A stretch of DNA of 64,000 bases from an uncultured Nitrospiraceae bacterium. GTDB lineage: Bacteria; Nitrospirota; Nitrospiria; Nitrospirales; Nitrospiraceae. The translations under genes and the position numbers were made by a program. The stretch covers positions 264,275 to 328,274 of the forward strand of contig CAWCIJ010000014.1 of assembly GCA_963795615.1 (NCBI GenBank), in the 5' to 3' direction. Of the stretch, positions 43,762 through 53,853 are shown piece after piece (within the stretch, counting starts at the first letter, position 1; every line of letters starts with the position of its first letter). The notes under the pieces are model-generated. The model saw only the letters and a list, made by a program, of their open reading frames with translations. It was not told the DNA's origin and made no database searches.

Positions 43762-43789
43762 GGATATCTCCAACTGAGACAACCTTTCC

Positions 43790-44569
43790 TTATCCCATCG
43801 CCCGGCGGAATGCTTTCGCCCCGCCATAGAGACAGATCGCGTCGAATATCACCATGACGACGATCACCATGCCCACGTGCGGCAATGCTTCCCCCCACCC
43901 CTGCAGGATGAGCGGACGCACGGCATCAATAGCCCAGGTCATGGGATTAAACCGTGCCAATACCCCCATCCAGCCGGGCATGGCCACAAGCGGCACGAGC
44001 GCGGAACTCAGAAAAATCATCGGAAGCGACAAGAAGCCCAACACCGAGAAAAAGTCTCCATGGCTCTTCACCGAAAACGCCATCGCCATCGAGATGGCGG
44101 TCAGCCCGACGCCGAACAGCATTCCGATCAATAAAATCACAGCCACTCCGCCGAGACCCGTCGCCGGGCTGACGCCGAATAACCAGGCGACGCCGAGGAT
44201 CACCAATACCTGCAAGGACGTAATGGTCATGACAAAAATGAATCGGCTCAGAATGACGGACGACCGGTGTATCGGCGTGGACATGAGCCGTTCCAGAAAC
44301 CCGTTCTCCTTGTCAAAGAGGAGATCAACTCCACCGGCCAGACCGTTATTCAGAACCGTCATCACCACGACCCCGGCTGCAAGAAAACTGATGTAATTCG
44401 GGGCTTGCGTGACCTGCGCATCCGCGGCCCGCTGAAACAGGTTTCCAAAAAAGATCAGCCAAAACAGCATGGGTTGAACCAATGTAAAGAGCATGCTGAA
44501 TTTCTCGCGGCTGAGCCGGCGGACCCACCGCATCGTCAACGCACGAATCTCCTGCCAATACTCTTTCAT
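43790..44569 (-). CDS. ABC-2 type transporter permease
   Basis: 259 aa with six hydrophobic segments, downstream of the ABC ATPase. Confidence 0.85.
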   Translation of the reverse strand: MKEYWQEIRALTMRWVRRLSREKFSMLFTLVQPMLFWLIFFGNLFQRAADAQVTQAPNYISFLAAGVVVMTVLNNGLAGGVDLLFDKENGFLERLMSTPIHRSSVILSRFIFVMTITSLQVLVILGVAWLFGVSPATGLGGVAVILLIGMLFGVGLTAISMAMAFSVKSHGDFFSVLGFLSLPMIFLSSALVPLVAMPGWMGVLARFNPMTWAIDAVRPLILQGWGEALPHVGMVIVVMVIFDAICLYGGAKAFRRAMG

Positions 44570-44637
44570 AACAAAGTGCTAAGTCCTGAGTCGCTGAGTC
44601 CTGAGTCCTGAGCGCCAAGCGACTCCTAACCTAAAAC

Positions 44638-45612
44638 TCATACATCCTCTTCTCGTTTAGGCGCGTCTTCCCGCATCGATCGGCCGGTATGCGCGACAAA
44701 CACGTCGTCCAATCGCGGGCGATGATAGTCGATAAACTCAATCTGACAGGTCAACCGGTTCGCCGCTTCTAAGATCGCGGGCAGGGCCTTCTCTGGAGAG
44801 TCGACGCGGATGTCCAGCCCATTAGGCTTGGTCGCGACGGCCCGGATCGCCGGAATGGATTTGAGCGCATCGGCCAATGTCCCGACACGATCCTCTTCTC
44901 TGATCGTCAGGGAGACGATATCGCCGCCTAAGCCGACCTTCAGTTCGGTCGGCGAGCCGAGTGCTTTGATCCGACCTCCGTCGATGATCGCGATCCGGTC
45001 ACAGAGCTGATCGGCCTCATCCAGATAGTTTGTCGTCATGACCACCGTGATGCCACGAGCACGCATGGCCCGGACATGGTCCCAGATCCGAAGCCGGCTT
45101 TGCACGTCCAATCCCAATGTCGGTTCGTCGAGGAAAAGCACTTTCGGATCGGGCAGAAGGCCGCAGGCAATGTCGAGCTTGCGTTTCATGCCGCCCGAAT
45201 AGGTTTTGGCCGGCCGGTCCGCATGTGGTTCGAGTTCAACCAGCTTCAGGAGATGAGCAATCCGGGTGGCCGCTTCTGTGGGAGAAAGATGGTACAGGTT
45301 GGCCAATAAATCGAGGTGCTCACGGCCCGTGAGAAAGCGATCGATGGCTCGCTCCTGCGGAACATAGCCGATCGACCGCCGCACCCGATCGGCATCGCCG
45401 ACCGTGTCCATTCCCAATACCGTGGCTGTGCCTGAAGTCGGGTGAAGAAGCGTGATCAGGATGCGCAGCGTCGTGCTCTTCCCTGCGCCATTCGGTCCCA
45501 GTAGGCCGAAAATCTCGCCGCCTGCCACCTGAAAGGAAATATCGTCGATGGCCCGTACTTGGTCATACGACTTGGCGAGGTGCGACACCTCTATGGCGAA
45601 CGGCCCGGTCAT
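44638..45612 (-). CDS. ABC transporter ATP-binding protein (DrrA-like)
   Basis: Walker A GPNGAGKST, signature YSGGMKRKL and Walker B LFLDEPT. ATG 45612 overlaps the upstream stop. Confidence 0.9.
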   Translation of the reverse strand: MTGPFAIEVSHLAKSYDQVRAIDDISFQVAGGEIFGLLGPNGAGKSTTLRILITLLHPTSGTATVLGMDTVGDADRVRRSIGYVPQERAIDRFLTGREHLDLLANLYHLSPTEAATRIAHLLKLVELEPHADRPAKTYSGGMKRKLDIACGLLPDPKVLFLDEPTLGLDVQSRLRIWDHVRAMRARGITVVMTTNYLDEADQLCDRIAIIDGGRIKALGSPTELKVGLGGDIVSLTIREEDRVGTLADALKSIPAIRAVATKPNGLDIRVDSPEKALPAILEAANRLTCQIEFIDYHRPRLDDVFVAHTGRSMREDAPKREEDV

Positions 45613-46304
45613 CAGCCCCAGCCTCTCGCGCCGCGACGCTCGAGGAGTTTGAACTGTATCAGGTCGCACAACCGCCGTGCCTGTTGATACAGGGTTTCTG
45701 CCTCGAGGAGGAACTGCTTCTCCAAGGGGCTGCAATCCAGCGAACCTGACAAGGAATTGATCAACACCTCGTCTCCTATTTCCTGGCGCGCGACTACCTG
45801 AAGGACCGATGCCTCTTCGGATGTGCGTATATAATCATGCACCAACTCCAGCACATGGGCGCGGAGCGCAGGATCGAGGTCGCCCGGGTCTTCACTGCGA
45901 GGCTTGAGCGTTACCCTGGCCTCGCGGTAAGGCCGATCATAAAACTCTTCACGCACTTCGTAGCGTTCAATGCCCTGCAATAATATGTTCGACCGGCCGT
46001 CCGGTAACTGTTGCAGGCTGGCCAGGCGCCCGACACAGCCGATCGTAAAGATCGGAGGATTTTGATAGTACTGTGCTTCCCAGCCTTCCTTCAACAAGGC
46101 CATCCCGATGCACTGTTCACTCGTCGCGGCGTCCAGTATCATCTCGCGATAACGCGGCTCAAAGATATGCAAGGGTAGATATGTTTTTGGAAAGAACACC
46201 ACGTTGGGAAGGGGGAACAGGGGGATCCGCTCTGGAATGCGAAATGCCGGAGATTGTTCCGATCCTTCATACTCAGGCTGATCGCGCTCCGGCTCGATGA
46301 ACAT
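45612..46304 (-). CDS. LON N-terminal substrate-binding domain protein
   Basis: IPLFPLPNVVFFPKTYLPLHIFEPRYREM is typical of the Lon N-domain/PUA-like fold. There is no ATPase or protease part. Confidence 0.8.
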   Translation of the reverse strand: MFIEPERDQPEYEGSEQSPAFRIPERIPLFPLPNVVFFPKTYLPLHIFEPRYREMILDAATSEQCIGMALLKEGWEAQYYQNPPIFTIGCVGRLASLQQLPDGRSNILLQGIERYEVREEFYDRPYREARVTLKPRSEDPGDLDPALRAHVLELVHDYIRTSEEASVLQVVARQEIGDEVLINSLSGSLDCSPLEKQFLLEAETLYQQARRLCDLIQFKLLERRGARGWG

Positions 46305-46457
46305 GGCTCACGATAGCCGATGCCCTGCGAAATTGTCAACGTCGCGCACGGTATTTCGGCGCCGGTGCTTACGCGCAAACCCTTATCCCTACTGGCGTTT
46401 ACGCGTTCGCTTCTCGCGTGCTATAAACACGCTCGTATCACCGCCCGTCTCGATTGC

Positions 46458-47624
46458 ATGATGACACAATCGTTTGCCAACACCACAGGTCCGTGCCTGC
46501 GGATCGGTCTCACAGGCATCTTGCTCTGGAGCGCGGGAATCATCCTCAGTGGAGCCGCTCCGGCCGGCCCGACCAGCAATCAGAGTTTCCGCATGGCCAC
46601 GCCGGGATACCTGTATCAGTTTCCTCGCGACCACGGCTCCCACGACGAATTTCGGACTGAATGGTGGTATTACACGGGGCATCTGAAGGCGACCAACGGC
46701 CGCCGTTTCGGCTTTCAGCTCACTTTTTTTCGCCGAGGCATCGATCCGCATTCGATTCACACGTTCCCTTCACAGTGGACCATCCGTCATCTCTACCTCG
46801 CGCATGTCAGCCTCTCGGACTTAGACGGGGGACGATTCCACTTTGGCGAAAAAATCAGCCGGGAAGGATTGGGGAAGGCCGGCTCAGAAAGTGGACACCT
46901 GCATGTCTGGGTCGATCAGTGGAGCGCACAGGCGCAGGAGACCCAGCCGACCGCGCATCGATTACAGGCGGCGCATGACAACTTCTCGATTGACCTCCTG
47001 GTCTCTCCGCTCAAACCGCCGACTGTCCATGGCCACGACGGGCTGAGCCGGAAAGGCGACGAGACGGGACAAGCCTCTCACTACTACTCGCTCACGCGGT
47101 TGGCGACGCAGGGGCGGATCTCCTTGAACAACGAGACCTTTCAGGTGGAGGGAATGAGTTGGATGGATCATGAGTTCACGTCGGCGGACCTGGGACAGGA
47201 GGTGGTCGGCTGGGACTGGTTTAGTCTGCAATTGAGCGATGAACGCGACCTCATGTTGTATCAACTACGTCGGGGAGACGGCTCAGCGGACGGCGCATCG
47301 AGCGGCACGATCATAGAGGCTGACGGGAAGGCGACATTTCTGTCACCGGCTGAGTTCACGATCAAGCCGCTGTCGTCATGGATCAGTCCGACTTCCAACG
47401 CACGATATCCCTCGCGCTGGCGGTTGACTTGTCCCTCGCTTCACCTGGATGTCGAGATCACACCGCTGCTCGCCGACCAGGAATTGGTCACTCGCCGCAG
47501 CACACAGGTGACCTATTGGGAAGGCGCCGTGCAAGTGCGTGGAACAGCAGGAAGTCCCACCCTCACGGGACAGGGGTATGTCGAACTTACGGGCTACGCA
47601 GAACGATTCTCGAAACAGCTCTGA
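46458..47624 (+). CDS. AttH/CrtC-like lipocalin-domain protein (hydroxyneurosporene-synthase family)
   Basis: FPRDHGSHDEFRTEWWYYTGHL....FGFQLTFFR is the family signature. ATG 46458 gives a signal-like N-terminus. Confidence 0.75.
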   Translation: MMTQSFANTTGPCLRIGLTGILLWSAGIILSGAAPAGPTSNQSFRMATPGYLYQFPRDHGSHDEFRTEWWYYTGHLKATNGRRFGFQLTFFRRGIDPHSIHTFPSQWTIRHLYLAHVSLSDLDGGRFHFGEKISREGLGKAGSESGHLHVWVDQWSAQAQETQPTAHRLQAAHDNFSIDLLVSPLKPPTVHGHDGLSRKGDETGQASHYYSLTRLATQGRISLNNETFQVEGMSWMDHEFTSADLGQEVVGWDWFSLQLSDERDLMLYQLRRGDGSADGASSGTIIEADGKATFLSPAEFTIKPLSSWISPTSNARYPSRWRLTCPSLHLDVEITPLLADQELVTRRSTQVTYWEGAVQVRGTAGSPTLTGQGYVELTGYAERFSKQL

Positions 47625-47756
47625 CAAGCTGTCACTCGTGAACCGTCAGCCGGTGCATGAATTGATTCATTGATTCATCGGACCATTGATTCAATGGTGC
47701 AATGGATCAATCGTCTTGCGAGATACGAGAGACGCTTCACGAGGAACGATTACACC

Positions 47757-48797
47757 ATGCTGACCCTCATCTCCAGATTCGCAAAGCTGCTCGCGTGCCT
47801 GTCCGGCATCATCCTCATTGCCTGCGGCAACCAGGACGATGCGGTGGTTTCGATCGCACTCCATCCGACCAACCCCAAGATCCTCTACGTGGCGACGAAT
47901 GAAGCCGTCCACAAAACGCGGGACGGCGGCCGGTCATGGGAGCAATTTCCCAGTTTCAGCGCTCGCCGTGTTACGACGATCGCTATCGATCCCAAGCTTC
48001 CGGCGACGATCTATGCAGGCACGATGGGCGACGCCGTCTACAAGAGCCCCGACGGTGGACAACATTGGCTGCCGCACAACGTCGGCCTCAAGGAACATGT
48101 CTCTTTCGTCAATCAATTCGTCTTCCATCCGATGAATACCGAGACGATTTATCTCGCGACGACGGTCGGAGCATTTGTCACGACCGACGGCGGGCGTGAA
48201 TGGGAAGAGCGGATGGCCGGCATGAAGGAAGTCCACATCGTGGTCTCGCTCGCCATGGACCCCACCAACGCGCGGGTGCTCTATGCCGGCACGACCGGCG
48301 GCGCCTACCGCACCCAGGACGGCGGAAGATCATGGCAGAAAGTCAACCGTGGATTGATTCCGGACGAAGTGCTCAACGCCGCCATGGCACTGGGCATCAA
48401 CACATTGATCGTCGATCCGATTCATGCATCCACGGTCTATGCAGGCACGACCAACGGATTGTTTCGCACGACGAATCGGGCGGATGTGTGGGAACGGATC
48501 GGCCAGTCCATGCCGGATCAATTTGTCAGCAGCATCCTCATACACCCGTCCCATCCGGAGATCCTGTATATCGGAGGCCGAGCCGGAGTGCTGAAGAGCT
48601 TGGACGGGGGCCACACATGGATCACGAAGAACCAAGGCCTGAATACGCTCAACATCCGAACGTTGGCGATCAGCTCGCATGATCCCCAACTTCTATACGC
48701 CGGCACTAATGGCAGCGGCCTCTACCACTCCACCAATGCCGGTGAAAGCTGGGCGGCGATGCCTTTGAAGCGCGCATCGTCTCCGTTACCGAGCTAA
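47757..48797 (+). CDS. BNR/Asp-box repeat beta-propeller lipoprotein (Ycf48-like)
   Basis: Lipobox LIAC, then repeated Asp-boxes: TRDGGRSWE, SPDGGQHW, TTDGGREWE, TQDGGRSWQ, SLDGGHTW and STNAGESW. Confidence 0.75.
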   Translation: MLTLISRFAKLLACLSGIILIACGNQDDAVVSIALHPTNPKILYVATNEAVHKTRDGGRSWEQFPSFSARRVTTIAIDPKLPATIYAGTMGDAVYKSPDGGQHWLPHNVGLKEHVSFVNQFVFHPMNTETIYLATTVGAFVTTDGGREWEERMAGMKEVHIVVSLAMDPTNARVLYAGTTGGAYRTQDGGRSWQKVNRGLIPDEVLNAAMALGINTLIVDPIHASTVYAGTTNGLFRTTNRADVWERIGQSMPDQFVSSILIHPSHPEILYIGGRAGVLKSLDGGHTWITKNQGLNTLNIRTLAISSHDPQLLYAGTNGSGLYHSTNAGESWAAMPLKRASSPLPS

Positions 48798-48804
48798 ACG
48801 TCAG

Positions 48805-49428
48805 ATGCCGATTTGCATACTCGTCAGACACGGAGAAACTGACTGGAACCGCTCCGGACAGGTGATGGGCCGCCAACCGATTCCCCTGAATCAGGCCGGT
48901 GAACGGCAGGTGCACCAGTTGGCGGCCGCACTGTGCCATGCGAAGATCGCCGGACTTTACAGCAGTCCGGTGTTGCGAGCCATCCAGACCGCACACATCT
49001 TGGGGGAGGCATGCCAGGTAAGCATGACAATGGCCCCTGGGCTCAGTGAGATCGGGGTGGGGGAATGGATGAATCGATTTTGGCACGAACTGGCCGACGA
49101 TCCGGCGAAGCGTGACTGGTACACCAGACCACATGAAGCCCGTCCGCCGGGCGGCGAGACGTTGCACGAAGTCCAGCAACGGGCGATCTCGGTCATCGAA
49201 GACATACGAACGATCGACGCGGACGGGCATTGGGTCTTCGTCTCTCACGCCGACGTCATCAGAACCATTGTCGCTCATTATCTACAGACGGATATCGCTC
49301 CATTGCGCCGGATGAGGATCGACAATGCCTCGGCGACCGGCGTAGAGATCACGCCTCAAGGCAATCAACTCCTGTTTCTGAACTACAGACCGGGGCAAAG
49401 CATGATTGATGATTGCGCGGCGCGATAA
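48805..49428 (+). CDS. histidine phosphatase family protein (phosphoglycerate-mutase-like)
   Basis: ILVRHGETDWN catalytic RHG motif and a later ...VSHADVIR... His. Confidence 0.85.
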   Translation: MPICILVRHGETDWNRSGQVMGRQPIPLNQAGERQVHQLAAALCHAKIAGLYSSPVLRAIQTAHILGEACQVSMTMAPGLSEIGVGEWMNRFWHELADDPAKRDWYTRPHEARPPGGETLHEVQQRAISVIEDIRTIDADGHWVFVSHADVIRTIVAHYLQTDIAPLRRMRIDNASATGVEITPQGNQLLFLNYRPGQSMIDDCAAR

Positions 49429-49531
49429 GAGCCTGAAAGTGACGAGGATCATTGTGGACGGCCCATTGATCAATGACGGAATGATTCAATGACTGACTGG
49501 TCCGATGCTTCAATGATCAAATGTTTAATGA

Positions 49532-49885
49532 TTGAGAACTAATTCTATGGCTGCACAAGATTCACCGGATACTCTGTTGCAGGATGAATTCCGCCGGCAT
49601 CTCCAATTATTCTATAGCCGGCTCAAACTCGCACCGCCCTATCACAGCGTTGAAAAAGCGCTGGCGCTCCTCACGACCATACTCAAGACAATCCCGGCCG
49701 CAGAGTTACAACAGCTCGTCGCTGATCCTCCTCTGCGATGGGCATACTATCGAAAAGCGTTTGTCGAGTCGGGACTCTCGCAGAAACACCGCGGGATTAT
49801 TGCCGGATTGGCGCGGGATCGTCGGGCACTAGAGCTACCCGAAGAGTTCGACACCTTGCTTGATCTCTATGTCACCCGAGGTTAG
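49532..49885 (+). CDS. hypothetical protein
   Basis: 117-aa ORF with coding-like composition. No family recognised. Confidence 0.4.
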   Translation: MRTNSMAAQDSPDTLLQDEFRRHLQLFYSRLKLAPPYHSVEKALALLTTILKTIPAAELQQLVADPPLRWAYYRKAFVESGLSQKHRGIIAGLARDRRALELPEEFDTLLDLYVTRG

Positions 49886-50517
49886 CCCGGCGTTTTCGAC
49901 CAAGCCAGCGCGCTCTGTAGCTCCTGATACACCTGGGTCAAGCGATTATCTTCCAGGCGGTAGGCGATGGTAATCGTCAGCAACCCAAAAGCCAAGACGA
50001 GCAGCCCGAGCGCGATCACGCCGATTCCGAGCAGCACCCCTCCCAAGGACGCAAGCCCTCCCTGGACCAGGAAGCTCACCGCAAAGCCGATCGTGCCGAG
50101 TCCCACGAGGAGAAACCAGATCATCGTAATGATCGCCGACGACCAAGGAATACGCTTGAAGTACATCACGCGAAACCCGGTCGCCTCCGGGGCCAACTCA
50201 ATCGCCCCTTTCAACGGCCAGGCCGTCCGAAATCCCGTGGAGAACAGGCGATACTTAGGGCGGATCACAATGCGACGAACATCGGGAAAGTACCGAGCCA
50301 TGCCGTGAGGCAGAACGAGCACGCCGTTCGGATCGAATCGACCCTGCACCTGATCAAGCGTGACCTCGGCCACACGCTCTTGAGCCCGTGCAATCGTGCA
50401 ACCATAGCGGCCGGCGTCCGGAGAGAGTTGCACAAAATACAGCCAGTCCCCCACAACGAGAATCAGAAAAAGAAGCACCGCAAACGTGCCGGCGAGGATC
50501 ATGCGAGAACTTCCCAC
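49882..50517 (-). CDS. hypothetical membrane protein
   Basis: One N-terminal and two or three C-terminal hydrophobic helices. No family recognised. Confidence 0.5.
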   Translation of the reverse strand: MGSSRMILAGTFAVLLFLILVVGDWLYFVQLSPDAGRYGCTIARAQERVAEVTLDQVQGRFDPNGVLVLPHGMARYFPDVRRIVIRPKYRLFSTGFRTAWPLKGAIELAPEATGFRVMYFKRIPWSSAIITMIWFLLVGLGTIGFAVSFLVQGGLASLGGVLLGIGVIALGLLVLAFGLLTITIAYRLEDNRLTQVYQELQSALAWSKTPG

Positions 50518-50745
50518 AGGTCGATTCGAGAATCAAGGGCGGGGCATCGGCGACGGAATTCCATGGTCACCAGTTGACTAGACGTGGGCGCATTGGCTAC
50601 ATTACGATCAGCTAGGTTCGGGCGGGTACGTTTTTTTCCACTTGTTTTGGTTTCCCGCCTTCATATACATTCCCCACGCTACACCGCTCATTATCCCGCA
50701 CCATAGGGGTGTGCGGGGACCGGAGCGTGGAGCCGCGGAGGTACG

Positions 50746-51408
50746 ATGGATATTGCGAAAGTCGAGCGTGTCTATACCAATTATTCAGGCGTCTACGACC
50801 ACATCTTCGGAAAAATTTTCCACGAATCGCGCGAGTCGGCCGTCAGGAATCTGCGCATCAGGCCAAACGAGCAGATCCTGGAAGTCGGGGTTGGAACAGG
50901 GATCGCACTCGCGTTCTATCCCAAGAATTGCGAAGTGACCGGCATTGACCTGTCACCGGGCATGCTCGCCAAGGCAAGGCACCGGCAGTCGCGGTACCAC
51001 TTGGATCACGTACGGCTCATGCTCATGGATGCCGGCCATATGGAATTTGCGGATGATACCTTTGACACGGTGATGGCAGCCTACGTGGTCACGGCAGTGC
51101 CCGACTATCGCAAAGTCGTCAATGAAATGATCCGGGTCTGCAAACCAGGCGGACGCATCATCATGTTGAATCACTTCAGCAATGGGAACAAGCTGATCGC
51201 AGCCGTTGAAAAGGTCATATCTCCGCTCTGCAAACACATCGGGTTCCGCACCGACCTGGCACTCCATACCGTGCTTGAAGGCACGGAACTGCAGGTATCG
51301 CGCAAGGAAAAGGTCAATCCGCTGAAGTTCTGGCACCTGGTGGAATGCGTGAATCACAAGTCTGAAATGAATAGGAACGGAAACGGCAGGAACGGACACA
51401 CTAACTGA
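50746..51408 (+). CDS. class I SAM-dependent methyltransferase
   Basis: ILEVGVGTGI (motif I), GIDLSPGML and ...CKPGGRIIMLNH. Confidence 0.85.
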   Translation: MDIAKVERVYTNYSGVYDHIFGKIFHESRESAVRNLRIRPNEQILEVGVGTGIALAFYPKNCEVTGIDLSPGMLAKARHRQSRYHLDHVRLMLMDAGHMEFADDTFDTVMAAYVVTAVPDYRKVVNEMIRVCKPGGRIIMLNHFSNGNKLIAAVEKVISPLCKHIGFRTDLALHTVLEGTELQVSRKEKVNPLKFWHLVECVNHKSEMNRNGNGRNGHTN

Positions 51409-51428
51409 CGGGGCAAACTCGGGGCTCT

Positions 51429-52244
51429 CTATCTCACCTGACGGGCGCTCTCCAAAGATTTCCAGTTCAGCCACTCATCACGCGAAAAGAAGGATTCTCC
51501 CACCAGGCAGGTCCCGGGGTAGGTGCGTGCGATGAGATCGGCGACCAAGCTCAGAATCCGGCCACAGTCGCGGTTCGGTGTTTCTGGCGCGCGAAGAGTC
51601 ATTCCAAAGCCGGTCCCGTGAACCGGCCCATACGCGACGACCTGAATGGAAGGCGTCCGACCTCCGCGCTCTTCAGACGACGGCAAGAGCTCGCCTTCCC
51701 ATCTGATCACTGAACTGCGTCGTGATCTCGCGCGTCCCCCTCGCCATGTGCAGGGAACCCCGGCTTCGTCCAGACGGGTCAAAAGCCACTCGACCGTGGG
51801 TGCTCGGCCTTCTTCAGTCTGAAACGTCCACTGGGCAAAGGCTCGCGCGGCTTCGCGTTCGCGACAGGGAGTGGAAATTTCTTCGAAGACCGCCTCCTCG
51901 CACACGACATAGAGCGTGCCTTGCGGGTCGAACCAAAACCGTAGGCGGTCCTCCCTGATTTCCGCATGAATCACCGCGAGTGATGAGCAGTCGCTGCCTT
52001 CCTGCTCCAGGATGGAAAAATCGGACACCCCGTTCATCGTCAGTTTCGCCACACGAACCATGTCGCGCGTAGAATACCGGATCACCACCGTCACCGTCGT
52101 TCCCACAAACACCTGATTGCCGGAATCCTCATCCAGCAGCCGCTTTTTTGACATCTGAAGATCGGTAATATATCCCCCCCGGAATCCGTCCGTATGTGCG
52201 ATCAGCCAGCGCAGGTCTTCTTGATGTTTGATGTGTTGCTTCAT
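51429..52244 (-). CDS. hypothetical protein
   Basis: 271 aa from ATG 52244 (MKQHIKHQEDLRWL...). The upstream codons of the ORF track are repeat-encoded. No family recognised. Confidence 0.5.
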   Translation of the reverse strand: MKQHIKHQEDLRWLIAHTDGFRGGYITDLQMSKKRLLDEDSGNQVFVGTTVTVVIRYSTRDMVRVAKLTMNGVSDFSILEQEGSDCSSLAVIHAEIREDRLRFWFDPQGTLYVVCEEAVFEEISTPCREREAARAFAQWTFQTEEGRAPTVEWLLTRLDEAGVPCTWRGGRARSRRSSVIRWEGELLPSSEERGGRTPSIQVVAYGPVHGTGFGMTLRAPETPNRDCGRILSLVADLIARTYPGTCLVGESFFSRDEWLNWKSLESARQVR

Positions 52245-52340
52245 AGGCTCGTCATTCGGGAAGCGTCGTTCGTATCTCGTCGCTCGTGAATCGTATCTCG
52301 TATCTCGTGAAGAATCGTTAGCAGTTAGTGCGAGTCTCTT

Positions 52341-52434
52341 CTTCACGCTTCACCTTCACCCGCTCACCCTTCACGCTTCACGCTTCACGTCTTCACGCTT
52401 CACGCTTCACGCTTCACGCTTCACGTTCACGCTT
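52341..52434. repeat. tandem heptanucleotide repeat (CTTCACG)n, about 13 units, some imperfect
   Basis: CTTCACGCTTCACCTTCACCCGCTCACCCTTCACGCTTCACGCTTCACGTCTTCACGCTTCACGCTTCACGCTTCACGCTTCACGTTCACGC. It ends directly at the stop (52435-52437) of the coiled-coil ORF. Confidence 0.9.
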
Positions 52435-52638
52435 CTAGAAGAGCGGCTGTTGCTGTTTCAATTCAGCCACCTGCCGTTCCAATTCATCCACCCGCTCCTG
52501 GAGACGCTGATTTTCGAGTCGTAATAGATCCAGCCGATCGAGCAGTTGTTCGCGCTGAATTTGGCTCCATTCCAGCGTACGCCTCAACCCAGCCAGCTCG
52601 AGTTGAGTCTCTGGCCGCTCTTCCAGCGGAAATGACAT
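52435..52638 (-). CDS. small coiled-coil protein, unknown function
   Basis: 67 aa; heptad-like LLDRLDLLRLENQRLQERVDELERQVAELK. Confidence 0.45.
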   Translation of the reverse strand: MSFPLEERPETQLELAGLRRTLEWSQIQREQLLDRLDLLRLENQRLQERVDELERQVAELKQQQPLF

Positions 52639-52651
52639 TGATCTCGAAGGG

Positions 52652-53170
52652 CTAGCGTTCAGGCGGTCGATTGTTCTTTAGGGCTTGTCGCTCTTCCTCG
52701 GTCATGTACCGGATCGCCACGCCGGACAAGTGCATCATCCAGGTTTCTCCTCCGCCGGCCCCCTGGATAAAACTCCAGGCATCCATCCGGAACGGGTTCC
52801 AGTATCCACCACCGCTGAACGGGTTCGTGCTCATTCCGGCGGGACTGGCCGTAGACTGGTAACTCGGTCCCTGTCCGTAATAGTGACGGACATCCGTTTT
52901 GCCCAAGATCACGGCATCTGCGCCTAACTCTTTCGCGCGGGAAAGAATTTTCTCGCGAAGAGTATCCTCACTGACATGCTCGCTCTCGGCAATAATGCGT
53001 GCAATCTGCACATGTCCGTTGTCCGGCTCGCGCGCGAGCGTCGTCACCGGTTCGCTTCCGGGCCGGGGTTCAAAGGTCTCTTCGATCAGCGGGTCCACCT
53101 TGACCGAGACACAAGCGGTGGAAAGGAGCACGAGGAATACAAGTAGTACGTGGCTAACAATCCGTCGCAT
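52652..53170 (-). CDS. putative lipoprotein, unknown function
   Basis: MRRIVSHVLLVFLVLLSTAC signal/lipobox-like N-terminus. No family recognised. Confidence 0.55.
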   Translation of the reverse strand: MRRIVSHVLLVFLVLLSTACVSVKVDPLIEETFEPRPGSEPVTTLAREPDNGHVQIARIIAESEHVSEDTLREKILSRAKELGADAVILGKTDVRHYYGQGPSYQSTASPAGMSTNPFSGGGYWNPFRMDAWSFIQGAGGGETWMMHLSGVAIRYMTEEERQALKNNRPPER

Positions 53171-53290
53171 AGCATGTACCAAGATTCACTAGGGTGCCCT
53201 TCATACTGCCGAAATCATACGGCTAATTCAATGGTAAATGAGAGAGGATAATTGCTGCCGCTCCTGCTGCTCCTGACAGAGGTTTGTAGG

Positions 53291-53807
53291 TAGCCCGCAT
53301 TATTTATGAAGGTTCGTGACGAAACTGCGGAGACGACACGCGAGGTGCGCGACTCGACGAATAAGTCGAGTCATGTTTGCACACGGGCGCGAGGTTCACG
53401 ACGCGCAGAATAATGAGGTGCGCGAGGCGACGAAGAAGTCGCCTCAAGTCTGCGCACGGGCGCGAGGTCCGCGACGCGAGGAATAACGAGCGTCAGGTTT
53501 GCGGACGCCGCCGAGATGGTGAGGTGGCAGTGTCTTGTGAGCACCCAGTGTCCCCGTGAGCCGACAGTGTCTTGCGCGCGGAGCCCCAAGAGGCCGAGAC
53601 GTACTTGAACCAGTACGTTGAGACCGCGCGGGGTGAGCCGCCCGCTGGCCGTGTAAAAGCCACGGCCAGGCGCGTCGTCCCCGCGCTTGCGAGATCGAGT
53701 GCCATTTCGTTACTCTTGCGCGAGAGTAGACACCTTAGTTGTGTTCTTCCTCGCTGACTCTTTAAATACGCAGTTGCAGTAGAATCTGTCATGAATAGTG
53801 CGGGCTA
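53291..53807 (-). mobile_element. MITE-like element, copy 3 (517 bp, most diverged, with large nested family-B block)
   Basis: The TIRs are TAGCCCGCATTATTTATGA (53291-53309) and TCATGAATAGTGCGGGCTA (53789-53807), each with one mismatch to the consensus. The left 50 nt or so are homologous to copy 1. Family-B modules occupy about 53343-53578. Confidence 0.7.
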
Positions 53808-53853
53808 AGATAGCGGCCGAGCGTCCTCAACACAACCAAGGTTCACGAACGCC

